A stretch of DNA of 64,000 nucleotides. Origin: an uncultured Gemmatimonadales bacterium. Its GTDB lineage: Bacteria > Gemmatimonadota > Gemmatimonadetes > Gemmatimonadales > GWC2-71-9. The notes under the pieces were generated by a model. The model worked only from the letters and a program-made list of their open reading frames with translations, was not told where the DNA came from and did no database searches. Made by a program: the position numbers and the translations under genes. Numbering within the stretch: position 1 is the stretch's first letter; each line of letters begins with the position of its first letter. The DNA lies in NCBI GenBank assembly GCA_963739455.1, contig CAVUAK010000001.1:992001-1056000 (forward strand). The letters run 5' to 3'. Positions 45,947-58,150 of the stretch are shown piece by piece.

Positions 45947-46087
45947 GGCGATGGTGCTCCGACGGGCGGGAAACGCGCAGGTCCTGTGCAATCTAGTGGA
46001 ATCGGTGAAACCGGCGGTCCCCGCCCCTTCGTATGGCGGTCGGCAGCCGGAGGCCACCGACTGTCCATTCCCTATGCCTGAGTTGCC

Positions 46088-49000
46088 ATGATTCTCTCGG
46101 ACCTTTCCATCCGGCGTCCCGTTCTCGCCAGCATGCTGAGCGCGGCGCTGGTGCTGTTCGGCATCATCGGGTATCGCCAGCTCTCGGTGAGGGAGTACCC
46201 CGATGTCGATCCGCCGATCATCTCGGTGCAGACCACCCTCGTCGGTGCGAATCCGCAGGTCATGGAGTCGGCGGTCACCGACATCCTCGAGGAGGAACTG
46301 AGCACCGTCCCCGGGCTGCGCACGCTGGTGAGCTCGAGCGCGGAGCAGTTCAGCAACATCACGCTGGAGTTCACGCTCGACCGCAACGTCGATGATGCGG
46401 CGCAGGATGTGCGCGACAAGGTATCCCGCGTGCGCGGCAGGCTTCCCCTCGACATCGAGGAGCCCGTCATCGCGAAGCAGGAGGCCGACGCCTCGCCCTT
46501 CTTCTGGCTGGCGCTCAACGGCCAGAACTACTCCCTGCTGCAGCTGTCCGACCTTGCCGACCGGCTGGTGAAGAGCCAGCTGCAGAGTGTTCCCGGCGTC
46601 GGCAGCGTGTTCATCGCCGGCGAGCGGCGCTATGCCATGCGCGTGTGGCTGTCCACGGCGCAGCTGGCGGCGCGTGGACTCACGGTGCAGGACGTGGAGC
46701 GGGCCATCCGCACCCGGAACGTCGAGGTGCCGGCCGGCCGCATCGAGTCGAACCGACGCGAATTCACGGTGCGCTCGCTCGGCGAGCTCAAGACGCCCGC
46801 CGAGTTCGGCGAGCTGGTCGTGGCCAGCCAGGGAGGACAGCTGGTCAAGCTCAAGGACCTCGGGCATGTCGAGCTTGGCGCCGAGGACGAGCGGAGTGCG
46901 CTGCGATTCAAGGGCGCCCCGACGGTCGGCATCGGCGTGGTGCGCCAGTCGAAGGCCAACCTGATCACCGTGGCCGACGCGGTGCGCGATGCACTGCCCA
47001 GCATCGCCGCGTCCCTGCCGCCAGGTGTCAGCGTCGACGTGGCGTATGACGGCTCCACCTTCGTGAAGCGCTCGATCCTGGAGGCCCAGGAGACGCTGGT
47101 CGTTGCAGCCCTCCTGGTGGTGCTGATCATCTTCGTGTTCCTGCGGAACGTGCGCTCCACCATCATCCCGGGGCTCGCGATCCCGGTGTCGATCGTGTCG
47201 ACGTTCGCGGTGATGTACTTCCTCGGGTTCTCCATCAACAACCTGACGCTGCTGGCCCTGACGCTCGCCATCGGCATCGTGGTCGATGATGCGATCATCG
47301 TGCTGGAGAACGCTTTCCGGCACCAGGAGGAACTGGGGGAGGACGCCGAAACGGCGGCGGTGAACGGCACGCGCGAGATCGCCTTCGCCGTGATCGCCAC
47401 CACGATCGCGCTGGTGGCGGTGTTCACGCCCCTCGCGTTCCTCAAGGGCAACACCGGTCGCCTCTTCAACGAGTTCGGCATCGCGGTCGCCGGCTCGGTC
47501 ATCGTGTCGGGGTTCGTGGCCCTGACGCTGACCCCGATGCTGTGCGCGAAGATCCTGCGCGTGCCGAAGGAACACGGCCCGGTCTTCCGCATGTTCGAGA
47601 ATGCCTTCACCCGCCTGACGGCCGGGTATGGCCGGTCGTTGCGGTGGGTCCTGTCCCATCGGCCTGGTCACGGTGGCCGCCGCCGTGGCGTCGATCGTGA
47701 TCGCCGTGGTCGTGTTCCGTGGCCTCAAGCGCGAGTTCGTTCCCCAGGAGGATCGCGGGCTCTTCATCACCTTCCTGATCGCGCCCGAGGGGTCGACGCT
47801 CGACTTCACGGACCAGTACCAGAAGCAGGTCGAGGCGATCCTCGCGAAGACACAGGATGTGGATCGCTACTTCAGTGCGGTCGGCGGCTTCACCGGCTCG
47901 CCCAGTCGCGGCATGATCTTCACCCGGCTCACCGAGGACGGCCCACGCCGCAAGGTGCAGGAAGTCATCGCCGAGGTGCAGGCCAAGTTCTTCGGGATCC
48001 CCGGCGTCATGGTGTTCGCCAACAACCCGCCCGCCTTCGGCGGATCGGGCCAGCCGGTGCAGTTCGTGGTGCGGCACCCCGACTTCGCGAAGCTCTCGCT
48101 GGCAATGGACACGCTGACCAAGCGGGCACGGCAGATCAAGGGACTGCAGAACGTCGATACCGACCTTCGGGTGAACAAGCCGGAGCTGACCGTGAGCTTC
48201 GACCGCGACCGCGCGGAGGACCTGGGCGTCGGCGTGGGTGACGTGGCGGGTACGATGCAGACGCTGCTCGGTGGGCGGCGCGTGAGCACGTTCACGCAGA
48301 ACAACAAGTTGTACGACGTCATCGTGCAGCTCGATCCTGCGGAACGCGCCACCCCGAATGACGTGGCAGGGCTGTACGTGGCGGGGCGCAACGGCCAGCT
48401 GGTGCAGCTGAGTGCCGTGACGAGCGTGAAGGAGGGCGTCGGTCCCCAGCGGCTGAACCACTTCGATCGCGTGCGTTCCTTCACCCTGACGGCAGGCCTT
48501 GCCCCGGGCTTCACGCTGGGCGAGGCACTCGATTCGCTCAATCGCGTGGCGGCCGAGGTCCTGCCGCCGCTGGCCAGCACACGACTGGCCGGCGAATCAC
48601 GGGAACTGGCCGAGAGCGGCGCCGCGCTCTACTTCGCGTTCGGGCTGGCCCTCCTCGTGGTCTTCATGGTTCTCGCCTCGCAGTTCGAGTCGATGATCCA
48701 TCCGCTCACGGTGCTCGTCGCCGTGCCGCTGGCGATCACGGGGGCACTCGTCACGCTCTACCTCACGGGGTCGACCATCAACCTGTACAGCCAGATCGGC
48801 ATGATCCTGCTGATCGGGCTGGTCACGAAGAACTCGATCCTGCTCGTCGAGTACGCCAACCAGCAGCTCGAGCGCGGCGGCACGCCCCGCGAGGCGATCC
48901 TCGAGGCCGGCCGCATTCGCCTTCGTCCGATCCTGATGACTTCGGTGGCCACCATCATGGGCGCGATGCCGATTGCACTCGGCCTCGGCGCGGGTGCCAC

Positions 49001-49172
49001 CAGTCGCCGTCCACTCGGCTATGCCATTGCCGGCGGCGTCTTCTTCTCCACCATCCTGACACTCTATCTCGTGCCGACTGTCTGGCTGTTCTTCGAGGGC
49101 CTCCGCAAGCACAAGCCCCATCCCCAGCCCGCCGTGGCTGCCGTTCCGGTGCTGGCTGGGGAGGCCGAGTGA
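46088..49172 (+). CDS. RND efflux permease; frameshift ~47660
   Basis: SIRRPVLA, VREYPDVDPP, GIVVDDAIIVLEN, GLVTKNSILLVEYA, RLRPILMTS. Confidence 0.93.
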
Positions 49173-50467
49173 TCGCACTTGCCGCAGCACTGCTCCTGCA
49201 GGTGCCGATCCCGGTTCGCATCGTCCCGCCCGACTCAACGATGCGCCACGTCACCCTCGCCGAGGCGATCCGGCTCTCCACCGGCGTCGATCCGGCCTAC
49301 GTGCGTGCCGCCGGCGAGGTCGACAACGCCGAGTGGGGCCGACGCGCGGCGGTACTTGCCTTCATCATCCCGTCGCTGGCCGTCAGCCTGGATGCAACCA
49401 GGTTCTCGCAGCCGTATTTCAACATCGGCATCGGGGCACCTACCAGCAGCGCGGTGAACTTCCGCGCCAATGCCGTGTACGAGCTGCTGAGCGTGCGGAA
49501 GATCACCGACCTCGGCTTCACCAAGGCGGAGCTGGAGGCGAGTGAGGCGAATGCCGAGCGACAGCGCTTCCAGCTGGCGTTCGACACCGAGAATGACTTC
49601 CTCGACGTGCTCATCAGGCGCGAACTTTCCCGGGTGGCGCGCAGCCGGTTCGATCGCGCCCAGGAACAGCTCACGGTGGCGCGAGCACGGGTCCTCTCCG
49701 GTGCCGCCGTCCAGACCGACTCGCTGCAGCTCGTGCTCGAGCTTACGCAGGCTCAGCTCGAAGTGCTGCGGCAGGACCTCTCGCTCAAGGTGTCGCGCCT
49801 GCAGCTGGGCCGTCGCATTGGTGACGATGGTCCGGTCGACGCGCAGGTCACCGACACGATGCTGCCGCCCGACCTCGGCTACACCGACCAGCAGCTCATC
49901 CAGCTGGCGCTGGAACAGGCACCGCAGTATCGCCAGGCACGCGCACTGACGCGGTCGGCTTCCTATGCACTGAAGGGCCAGAAGGGCGCCTACCTCCCGA
50001 CCTTCAACCTGACCGCGAGCTTCACGGAGTACGACAGCAACTTTCCGCCAAGCGGGCAGGGGGTCGGCGCGGTGTCGCTGATCGTGACCCTCCCGATCTG
50101 GAACGGGGGCCAGCGCGAGATCGCCGTCCAGCAGGCGAAGGTCAACCTCGCCGTCGCGCGGGCAGTGAGCGCGGACCTGGAGCGCGCGGCGGCGCGTGAC
50201 GTAACGCAGGCGGCCGAGGCGTACCGCATTTCCCGCGAGGCAGTGAACCTGACCCAGCTCCAGCTGGTGGCAGCCCAGGAGACGTACCGCGTGCAGGAAC
50301 TGCGCTACAAGAGCGGGGCGAACACCATCCTCGACCTGCTGGAAGCACAGTTTCAGCTGACACGGGCCGAGTCCGAGGCCGCGCAGTCGGTCTTCGCGCT
50401 GTACCTGTCGCTCGCTGGCCTCGAGGCGATCACCGGACAGGAGTTCCTTGTGGGGAGAGACCAGTGA
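49169..50467 (+). CDS. TolC-family outer membrane protein
   Basis: VTLAEAI, AYLPTFNL, LPIWNGG, LRYKSGANTILDLLEAQ. Confidence 0.9.
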   Translation: MIALAAALLLQVPIPVRIVPPDSTMRHVTLAEAIRLSTGVDPAYVRAAGEVDNAEWGRRAAVLAFIIPSLAVSLDATRFSQPYFNIGIGAPTSSAVNFRANAVYELLSVRKITDLGFTKAELEASEANAERQRFQLAFDTENDFLDVLIRRELSRVARSRFDRAQEQLTVARARVLSGAAVQTDSLQLVLELTQAQLEVLRQDLSLKVSRLQLGRRIGDDGPVDAQVTDTMLPPDLGYTDQQLIQLALEQAPQYRQARALTRSASYALKGQKGAYLPTFNLTASFTEYDSNFPPSGQGVGAVSLIVTLPIWNGGQREIAVQQAKVNLAVARAVSADLERAAARDVTQAAEAYRISREAVNLTQLQLVAAQETYRVQELRYKSGANTILDLLEAQFQLTRAESEAAQSVFALYLSLAGLEAITGQEFLVGRDQ

Positions 50468-51553
50468 TGAATTGGCGGGGAGTACTGCTGCCGGTGGCGG
50501 TGGTCGCGATGTTTGCCGCATGCAAGAAGGCTGGCCCCAAGCCGGCCGCAGCCGGTGGCGCTGCTGCTGCGGCCGCCCCGGCCATCGCCGTCGAGGTCGC
50601 CGTGGCCAGGCACGATACGGTCACTGACGCGATCGCGGCCACGGGACAGATCGAGGCGGTGCAGGCCATCGAGCTCAGGCCCGACGTCGAGGGCCGGATC
50701 GTCGAGATCCTCTTCCGGGAGGGCACGGAGGTGGCGAAAGGGCACGCCGCTCTTCCGCATCGATGACGCCGAACTGCAGGCGCAGGTGGCGAGCGCTCAG
50801 GCCGATCGCGACCTCGCGGCGCAGTCGCTGACCCGCACGCAAGACCTGGTGCAGCAGCGCGCCTCGTCGCAGGCCGACCTCGAGCGGGCGGAAGCCATGG
50901 CCCGCAGTGCCGACGCCTCCCTCGCGCTCCTCAAGGTGCGCCTCGACCGGACCGTGGTGCGGGCTCCATTCGGCGGCGTCGTGGGCCAGCGCTTCGTCAG
51001 CCTGGGCGACTACGTCACGACGTCCACGCGCCTCGCCTCGCTGCAAACGGTGAACCCGGAGCGGGTCAGCTTCCAGGTGCCGGAGCGCTATGCCGCTGAG
51101 CTGAGGCGCAACCAGACGATCGCGTTCCAGGTGGCCGCGATGCGCAACAAGACGTTCACCGGCACGGTGGACTTCGTCGATCCCGTGGTGCAGCTGCCCG
51201 GGCGCACCATCACCGTGAAGGCACTGGTGCCCAACCCGAAGCGCGAACTGCAGTCGGGAATGTTCGTGGACGTGCGCCTCGCCACGGCGCAGCGCCCCAA
51301 CGCCGTCGTCGTGCCCGAGGACGCGGTACTCGCGCTGCAGGGCACCACCGTGGTGTGGGTCATCAAGGATGACAAGGCCACCCGGCGCCCGGTGACGCTT
51401 GGGGTAAGGTCGCCCGGGTTCGTCGAGGTGATCGAGGGAGTCGAGGCGGGCGAGCAGGTCGTGGTTGGTGGCATCGAGAAGATGTCCGAGGGCGCTGCCG
51501 TGACACCGCAGGTGGTGGAGCGGACGAAGCCGGCGGTGACGGAAGGGCGCTAG
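50467..51553 (+). CDS. RND periplasmic adaptor lipoprotein; frameshift ~50745
   Basis: Lipobox FAAC; EGRIVEILFREG, VRAPFGGVVG, LQSGMFV. Confidence 0.9.
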
Positions 51554-53568
51554 TGGCCGACACGCGGTCTGGTTCCCCGGGCGCCGGTCGCCTTCGACCC
51601 GGGATTGTTGCCCTGGTCATCGGGTTTGTGGTGCTCGGGCACTCCGATGTGGCCGCCCAGGCCGGCATCGCCGGGCGCTGGCGCATTGACGTGTATGACG
51701 TCACCCCCACGCCGATCTACGGCGACCTGCAACTCAGCGATTCGGTCGGCACATGGCGGGGTCGTGCGGTGTTCTCCAACCGAAGTGGCTCGCCCGTCGC
51801 CCTCACACAAGTCGCCGTCGATGCCGCGGGCCGGCTGCGATTCGTTGTCCCCGGGGAAGGAGGCGCCGAGTTTACTGGTGAGGCGACAGGGTCGCAGCAA
51901 CTGCGCGGCACCGTCGTCGCCGATGGTGGACGGCGAGGAAGATGGGCCGCGGAACGCCTCGATCCATCCATCGAGTTCTATCCGGTGCTTCCCACATTTC
52001 AGCTGAGGCAGCTGGTTGGCGGCGTGAGCGCCGATCACCTGTTCCTGCCGGCCCCACTGGTAGACGCGGCGGCCCGCGAGGCATCGCGGGCTGGCCTGGT
52101 GCCGACGTATGAACGCGTCGCCCGCGCGAGCGGGCTGGCTCCGCTCGCCGGCCCACAGCTGCAGGAGGACGGGCCGGATCGGATGCTGGGCATCGCGCAG
52201 CGCGCGACGGTGCTTGCCGCAGTGCAGCGCACGCTGGAGCAGCTGCGAGCGGGCCTGTCGGCGGACACGACGCGCGCACAGTTCGATATCGTCTTCCGGC
52301 CCGGTGGCCGGTGGCGGCTCGACGTGCATGATGCGGCGCTCGATATTGCGCGGCGCCGCTCGCGGCGACTGCAATGGGGCGACGTAGTGCCCGCGCTTGT
52401 CGCGACGGGCTTGATTGCCGACACCGGCGCGGGCGCCGGATCGGTCCCGCTCGCGATGGAGCGACTGCGCATGCTGGAGGCTGCCGACTCGGCGGCGATC
52501 GCCCGGCTCCTCAGCACCGCCAGGACCGCCACGCCCGAGCCTGCCCGCGCGCTCGACATCCTGCTCGCGGCCTATCCCGAGGCCGAAGACTGGCATCGGC
52601 AGGCACTGACGTTCCTCATCCGCACACGCTGGGTGCCGCAGGAGGGCACGCTGCGCTCGCCGGCCGACCTCGTGCGCACAACCTGGCTCGCGATCATGCC
52701 CGGCGATTCCGCGCGCATCCGCTCGCTCCCCGCCATCACATCTCACACGTTTGGCCAGCCCCAGGCGGTGCCGCGATACGGCATCTCGACGGGCACGATG
52801 AACCGCCTGGTGGTCCCGCTGAACGGGGCCGGGACGCAGTGGCTGGATCGGCACGGTACCCCCGAACTGGTCACCATGCTGCATCTTCTCGAGTCCCCCG
52901 CGCGAAGCGACCTGTTCGTGGCGCGGCAGGACGAGAGGCTTCGCGTCGTGTCCGTGAAGCAGCGCGCCGAGGAATCGACGAGCGGCTTCCTCGAGCGACA
53001 GGAAGCGATCGCCGTCGAGCCCAGCTATGTCCCGGTGCTGGCGCTGGGGGCAGTGCTGCACGAGTGGGGACACTTGCTGGCAGAAGGATGGCGCCTCGAG
53101 CAGGCGGTGCGGGCGGCACCCGACAGCGGCGAGGTGGTGCTGCCGGGATTGAACCCGTGGCTCGTCGAGGGCATCGCGGAGGTATGGACGGACCTGGTGC
53201 TTGCGCCGGTCGTGGCCAGCCTGCCGTTGTTCGGCTTCGCCGAGGCAGAGAAGCGGGTGCGCCTGACCGGCAACGAGCTTGACCCGCACGTGACGGGCTA
53301 TCTCATGGCGCGCGCGGTGATCAGTGCCGCGGGCACACAGGGGACAACAGCGCCGGCGGCCATCCGTCGCCTTATTGTCGACGGGAGTCCTGCGCAGGTG
53401 GTGGACGACCCCCTGTTCGCCTCAGGTCTTCGTGATCCCGGGGATATCGTTCCACTGATCATCCCGGCGCCAAGCCGTCGCTTCCTGGTGCCCGAGACCA
53501 TCTTCACGGTTGATACACGCTATCCCGATCCCGTCAGCACCACCATCAAGACCCCCCAGGCCCGATGA
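51553..53568 (+). CDS. Hypothetical exported protein, putative gluzincin metallopeptidase
   Basis: Signal peptide; VLHEWGHLL..WLVEGIAE. Confidence 0.65.
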   Translation: MADTRSGSPGAGRLRPGIVALVIGFVVLGHSDVAAQAGIAGRWRIDVYDVTPTPIYGDLQLSDSVGTWRGRAVFSNRSGSPVALTQVAVDAAGRLRFVVPGEGGAEFTGEATGSQQLRGTVVADGGRRGRWAAERLDPSIEFYPVLPTFQLRQLVGGVSADHLFLPAPLVDAAAREASRAGLVPTYERVARASGLAPLAGPQLQEDGPDRMLGIAQRATVLAAVQRTLEQLRAGLSADTTRAQFDIVFRPGGRWRLDVHDAALDIARRRSRRLQWGDVVPALVATGLIADTGAGAGSVPLAMERLRMLEAADSAAIARLLSTARTATPEPARALDILLAAYPEAEDWHRQALTFLIRTRWVPQEGTLRSPADLVRTTWLAIMPGDSARIRSLPAITSHTFGQPQAVPRYGISTGTMNRLVVPLNGAGTQWLDRHGTPELVTMLHLLESPARSDLFVARQDERLRVVSVKQRAEESTSGFLERQEAIAVEPSYVPVLALGAVLHEWGHLLAEGWRLEQAVRAAPDSGEVVLPGLNPWLVEGIAEVWTDLVLAPVVASLPLFGFAEAEKRVRLTGNELDPHVTGYLMARAVISAAGTQGTTAPAAIRRLIVDGSPAQVVDDPLFASGLRDPGDIVPLIIPAPSRRFLVPETIFTVDTRYPDPVSTTIKTPQAR

Positions 53569-55152
53569 CATCCTCCCGTCTCCTAGTGCTGGCGCTGCTG
53601 CTGGCCGCACCACTCTCCGCGCAGCAGACCACACCCGAGCGCACCGGCGGGAAGGAGACGTCGAGCTGGGCCGATGTCATCGGCTTTCTTGATTCGCTCG
53701 AGCGCCGCGGTGCGCCGTTCGGGTTCGGCACCCTCGGCACCAGCACCGAGGGACGCCGGATTCCCCTCGTCATTGCGGCGGCTCCCGGAGTACGGGGTCC
53801 TGCGGATGCGCACGCGTCTGGACGCGTCGTGATCTGGCTCCAGGCCAACATCCACGCCGGCGAGGTCGAGGGGAAGGAAGTGGCCCAGATGATCCTGCGG
53901 GATATCGCCTTCGGTCCGCGGCGATCGCTGCTCGACAGCCTGGTGCTGCTGGTGGTGCCCATCTACAACACCGACGGCAACGATGCCTGGGCGGCGGGCA
54001 GCGTGAACCGGCCGGGGCAGGATGGCCCCGCGGTCGTCGGGCGCAGGGCGAATGGCCTCGGCCTCGACCTGAACCGCGACTACGTGAAGATGGAGGCGCC
54101 GGAGACGCGGGGCGCCGCGGCACTCATCGATGCCTGGCAGCCCGACATTTTCATCGACCTGCACACCACCAACGGCAGCTACCACGGGTATGCCCTGACC
54201 TACGCACCGGGACTCAATCCCAATGACACGCCGGCGAACGCATACATCCGTGACAAGTTCCTGCCGGCAATCCGGCAGCGCATGAAGAGCGGGCACAACC
54301 TGGAAACGTTCCCCTACGGCAACTTCCGGAACCAGATGCCCGACTCGCTCGTACTCGGCTGGGAGACGTACGACTCGCGGCCGCGCTTCGGCACCAACTG
54401 GACCGGGCTGCGCGGGCGGCATGGCCATCCTGAGTGAGGCGTACAGCAACGATCCGTTCCCGGTGCGCATCACCTCGACCTACGCGTTCGTGCAGGAGAT
54501 CCTCACGTTGGCCGCGGCCGAGCGCAGCGGGATCAAGCGGCTGGTGGCGCAGTCCGCTGCGGCTGCGCCCCGACTCGGTCACGGTGCGCTCGGTCCTGGC
54601 TCCGCCCACCGAGCAGCCGGTGATCGCGGAGATCACGACGCGCGGCCGGCGACGGTGACGGCCCGTACGCGCGACGCGTCGCGCACGGGACAGTTCCGCA
54701 CCATCCGCATGCCGGTGTGGGACCGCTTCACGGCGTCGCGACGTGAGGCGCGTCCGGTGGCGTACTTTATCCCGCCGTCGATGCCCGAGGTGGCGGCACT
54801 GCTGGTCCGCCAGGGCGTGGAGGTGGAGCGGCTCACCGCGCCGTGGCAGGGACCGGCGGAGCGCTTCCGCATCGATTCGGTTTCGGCGCAGCCATACGCA
54901 TTCGAGGGGCATCGCACCGTGACGGTCGAGGGCGCCTGGCTCGCCGCTGCGCCGTACGAGGCGCCGGCTGGCAGTTACGTCGTGCGCACCGACCAGCCGC
55001 TGGGTACGCTGGCCAGCTACCTCCTCGAACCGGCGTCGGAGGACGGCATCGATACCTGGAACCTGGTCGACCGCCTGCTGACACTGCGCCTGCCACACCC
55101 GGTCGCGCGGGCGCGCGTCCCGGTGCGCGCCACCACCATTGAGCAGCACTGA
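53565..55152 (+). CDS. M14 zinc carboxypeptidase family; frameshifts ~54420 and ~54570-54650
   Basis: GTSTEGR, ANIHAGEVEG, YNTDG, DLNRD, IDLHTTNG. Confidence 0.9.
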
Positions 55153-55168
55153 CTCCAGCGAGGATCCC

Positions 55169-55630
55169 ATGCTCGAAGCAGGGAAGAAGGCCCCGAAATT
55201 TTCGCTGCCCACCGATGATGGGCGAACCGTCTCCCTCGACGACTTCAAGGGAGTGAGCAAGGTGGTGCTCTACTTCTACCCGAAGGACGACACGAGCGGG
55301 TGCACGGCGCAGGCGTGCGAATTCCGCGACAACTGGAAGTCGGTGCAGGCAGCCGGCGCGGTGGTGCTGGGCGTGTCACCCGATGGCGTGACCTCACACG
55401 GCAAGTTCAAGAGCAAGTACCAGCTGCCGTTCCCGCTGCTGGCCGATGAAGACCACGCCGTGGCGGAGGCGTACGGCGCCTGGGGAGAGAAGTCGATGTA
55501 TGGCAGGAAGTACCACGGCATCCTGCGCACCACGTTCGTGATTGGCACTGATGGACGCATCGAGAAGGTGTTCCAGAAGGTGAAGCCGAAGGGGCATGCG
55601 GCTGAGGTGCTGGCGGCGCTCCGGGCCTGA
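55169..55630 (+). CDS. bcp: Thioredoxin-dependent thiol peroxidase (PrxQ)
   Basis: YFYPKDDTSGCTAQACEFRD, GVSPD, RTTFVI. Confidence 0.95.
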   Translation: MLEAGKKAPKFSLPTDDGRTVSLDDFKGVSKVVLYFYPKDDTSGCTAQACEFRDNWKSVQAAGAVVLGVSPDGVTSHGKFKSKYQLPFPLLADEDHAVAEAYGAWGEKSMYGRKYHGILRTTFVIGTDGRIEKVFQKVKPKGHAAEVLAALRA

Positions 55631-55720
55631 CGCGGACGCCGGTCGCCCGGCGGCGCGTGGTTATCTTGGGGGACAGTGACAGGCAGTGAACCTGGAACAG
55701 GGAAGCGAGCACGACGAACG

Positions 55721-56479
55721 ATGGCTCAGCCGGCAACAGTGAAGCCCGCAGACAAGAAGCCCGTGGTTCCGGCGACTGCACCTCGCGGGGCGGGGGCCTG
55801 GCTCTGGGAGTGGGCGAAGTCGATCGGTGTCGCGCTCGTGGTCTGGTTCTTCCTTCGCACCTTCCTGCTCGAGGCGTTCCGCATCCCGTCCGGCAGCATG
55901 GAGAACACGCTGCTCGTGGGCGACTTCCTGTTCGTCAACAAGCTGCTGTACGGGGCCGAGGTTCCGCTGACCGGCAAGAAGCTTCCTGCCGTGCGCGAAC
56001 CGCGACGCAACGAGATCCTCGTCTTCGATTCGGTGGAGGAGCCGGGGCTCAAGGTGGTGAAGCGGCTCATCGGTGTCCCCGGCGACACGCTGGCCATGGA
56101 GAACGGCACGCTGATCCGAAACGGGCAGCACATCGATGAGCCATACGCGGTGCATGCCAATCCGTCGCTGCTGGCCGAGCCCGACCAGCGCGACCACATG
56201 CGCGCGTGGCAGTCGAGTCATCTCGTCGGCCGGTCATCCGAGGGCTATCACCCCGACCTGCAGAACTGGGGCCCCATCGTGGTGCCCGTGGACTCATTCT
56301 TCATGATGGGTGACAACCGGGACAGCTCGTACGATGGTCGCTACTGGGGCTTCCTGCCGCGGGCGAACGTGCGGGGAACACCGATGTTCATCTACTACAG
56401 CTTCAACGGCAACAGCTGGCGCCCATTGCCGTTCTTCTCCGACATTCGCTGGGGAAGGTTCTTCACCGTCCCGAAGTAG
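55721..56479 (+). CDS. lepB: Signal peptidase I
   Basis: IPSGSMENTLLVGD, VKRLIGVPGD, GDNRDSSYDGRYWG. Confidence 0.95.
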   Translation: MAQPATVKPADKKPVVPATAPRGAGAWLWEWAKSIGVALVVWFFLRTFLLEAFRIPSGSMENTLLVGDFLFVNKLLYGAEVPLTGKKLPAVREPRRNEILVFDSVEEPGLKVVKRLIGVPGDTLAMENGTLIRNGQHIDEPYAVHANPSLLAEPDQRDHMRAWQSSHLVGRSSEGYHPDLQNWGPIVVPVDSFFMMGDNRDSSYDGRYWGFLPRANVRGTPMFIYYSFNGNSWRPLPFFSDIRWGRFFTVPK

Positions 56480-56500
56480 CAGTCACCGGGAAGGCGCCGC

Positions 56501-57691
56501 TCAGTTCCCGCGGCGCTTCCACCGTGCGGCCGTCGCCGCCGACAGCGCACCCGCCACCGCCGACACCCCGAACGCCGCCGCGAACCCGCCCTTGTCGGCC
56601 AGGACACCAAGCACCGGTGGCCCTACGATGCGCGCACCTGCGCCGATGCTCTGGAGGGTGCCCAGTACTCGCCCCTGGTCATCGGGCGGCGTGGTGCGGG
56701 ACACGAATCCCGCAACGCAGGGCCCGATGAGGCTGAATCCCGCGCTCAGGAGTGCCACCGCCAGGCCAAGCCCCGCGAGCTGTGTGGCGCCATGGGTGGG
56801 CAACGCGACAAGCAGCGGCAACAGTCCCAGCCCGAGCGCCATCAGGCCGCCGCCCCAGATGACCAGGCGAAGCTCACCCAGCCTCGGCGCCAGCCGCCGC
56901 ACGAGGCGGCCCTGCACGACCACACTGACGAGCCCCACCAGCGTGAACGCGTAGCTGATCCCGGCACGCGTGAGGCCCAGCTTCTGGGTGGCGAACTGCT
57001 GGAAGACCACATACATCGTCGTAAACGCCAGGGTCGCTGCGAAGGTCACCAGCAGCGCCGCTCGCGGCACGCGCACCGTGGCACCCCAGTCCTGGGCGCG
57101 CCGCGTCCGGCTTTCGCGCAGGAACACCCACGCAAGCAGGAAGTTCACCAGGCAGATGCCGCCGGCCAGCAGACCCGGTGCGCCCTCTCCCCGCTTGCTC
57201 GCGATGCCACCGAGCGCAGGCCCGATCGTGAAGGCCAGGCCAAAGGCGGCACCGATCAGGCCCATCGCCCGGGAGCGCTGTTCCGGCGGCGTCGTGTCGG
57301 CCAGGGCAGCCTGCGCCACATTCACGGTGGCGCCCAGGCTGCCGGAGAGGATGCGCGCAAGGAAGAGAACCGCCAGGCTCATCGCCAGGCCGAACACGGT
57401 ATAGGCGATGGCGCTGCCGGCGAGTCCGAGCAGGATGACGGGGCGGCGACCGATCCGGTCGCTGAGTCGTCCCCAGCGTGGCGCCAGCAGGAATGACAGC
57501 AGGGAATCGGTCGCGACCACGAGGCCGATGACCAGCCCGCTCGAGGTAAAGCGGGCGGCTGCCAGCGGCAGCTGCGGCACGACGATGCCGAACCCGACGA
57601 GGTCGAGGAAGACGGCAAGCACGACCGCTACGTTCCCCGAGGGACGCGGCTCGATCGGCGACTCAGGAGTCTGGGACACACGACTTTCCAC
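56501..57691 (-). CDS. MFS transporter (TetA/DHA1-like)
   Basis: FLDLVGFGIVVP, GRLSDRIGRRPV, GAAFGLAFTIGPALGG. Confidence 0.9.
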   Translation of the reverse strand: MESRVSQTPESPIEPRPSGNVAVVLAVFLDLVGFGIVVPQLPLAAARFTSSGLVIGLVVATDSLLSFLLAPRWGRLSDRIGRRPVILLGLAGSAIAYTVFGLAMSLAVLFLARILSGSLGATVNVAQAALADTTPPEQRSRAMGLIGAAFGLAFTIGPALGGIASKRGEGAPGLLAGGICLVNFLLAWVFLRESRTRRAQDWGATVRVPRAALLVTFAATLAFTTMYVVFQQFATQKLGLTRAGISYAFTLVGLVSVVVQGRLVRRLAPRLGELRLVIWGGGLMALGLGLLPLLVALPTHGATQLAGLGLAVALLSAGFSLIGPCVAGFVSRTTPPDDQGRVLGTLQSIGAGARIVGPPVLGVLADKGGFAAAFGVSAVAGALSAATAARWKRRGN

Positions 57692-57735
57692 CCGGGAGGC
57701 CGACGCGCGCCGCCCGGGCTGCTGCGATCAGGAGG

Positions 57736-57993
57736 TTACAGCACTGGGCGTGGTGCTTCGGGAAGCGAATCCCGGCTCAGCACGCGGTCGATATACACCG
57801 CGGTCCGGCCGCATTCGCCGCACATGAGCGTAACCCGGCCGGAAGGGATCGCGGGATCCCCTGGTCGACGAGGTGAACGCTGGACGGATGTAGTCTGGCA
57901 TGTCGGGCAGACGAGCGGTTGCAACTCGCGATCAGCTGAAATGAGCAGCAATGCTTCAGGCGCCCGGTATTCCTTGATTCCTCTACGACCCAC
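57736..57993 (-). CDS. Small zinc-ribbon protein
   Basis: CPTC..CGEC; GTG with GGAGG RBS. Confidence 0.65.
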   Translation of the reverse strand: MGRRGIKEYRAPEALLLISADRELQPLVCPTCQTTSVQRSPRRPGDPAIPSGRVTLMCGECGRTAVYIDRVLSRDSLPEAPRPVL

Positions 57994-58150
57994 GGAAGGT
58001 CCTCCAACAGCGTGGTGACAGTGTCAGTCCCTGCGCCGCGCGGCACAAATGTACCCATTTGTCCACTATTCGCTACCTGTTCAACTATCAATCGTCGCGA
58101 CAGTGATGCGACACTAACGCAACGCTATCGCAGCAGTTGTGGCGCTAGAG

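Noticed and set aside
45587..47809. 740-aa minus-strand ORF
   Set aside because: Antisense shadow of the RND gene in GC-rich DNA; only the last 119 codons look genuine
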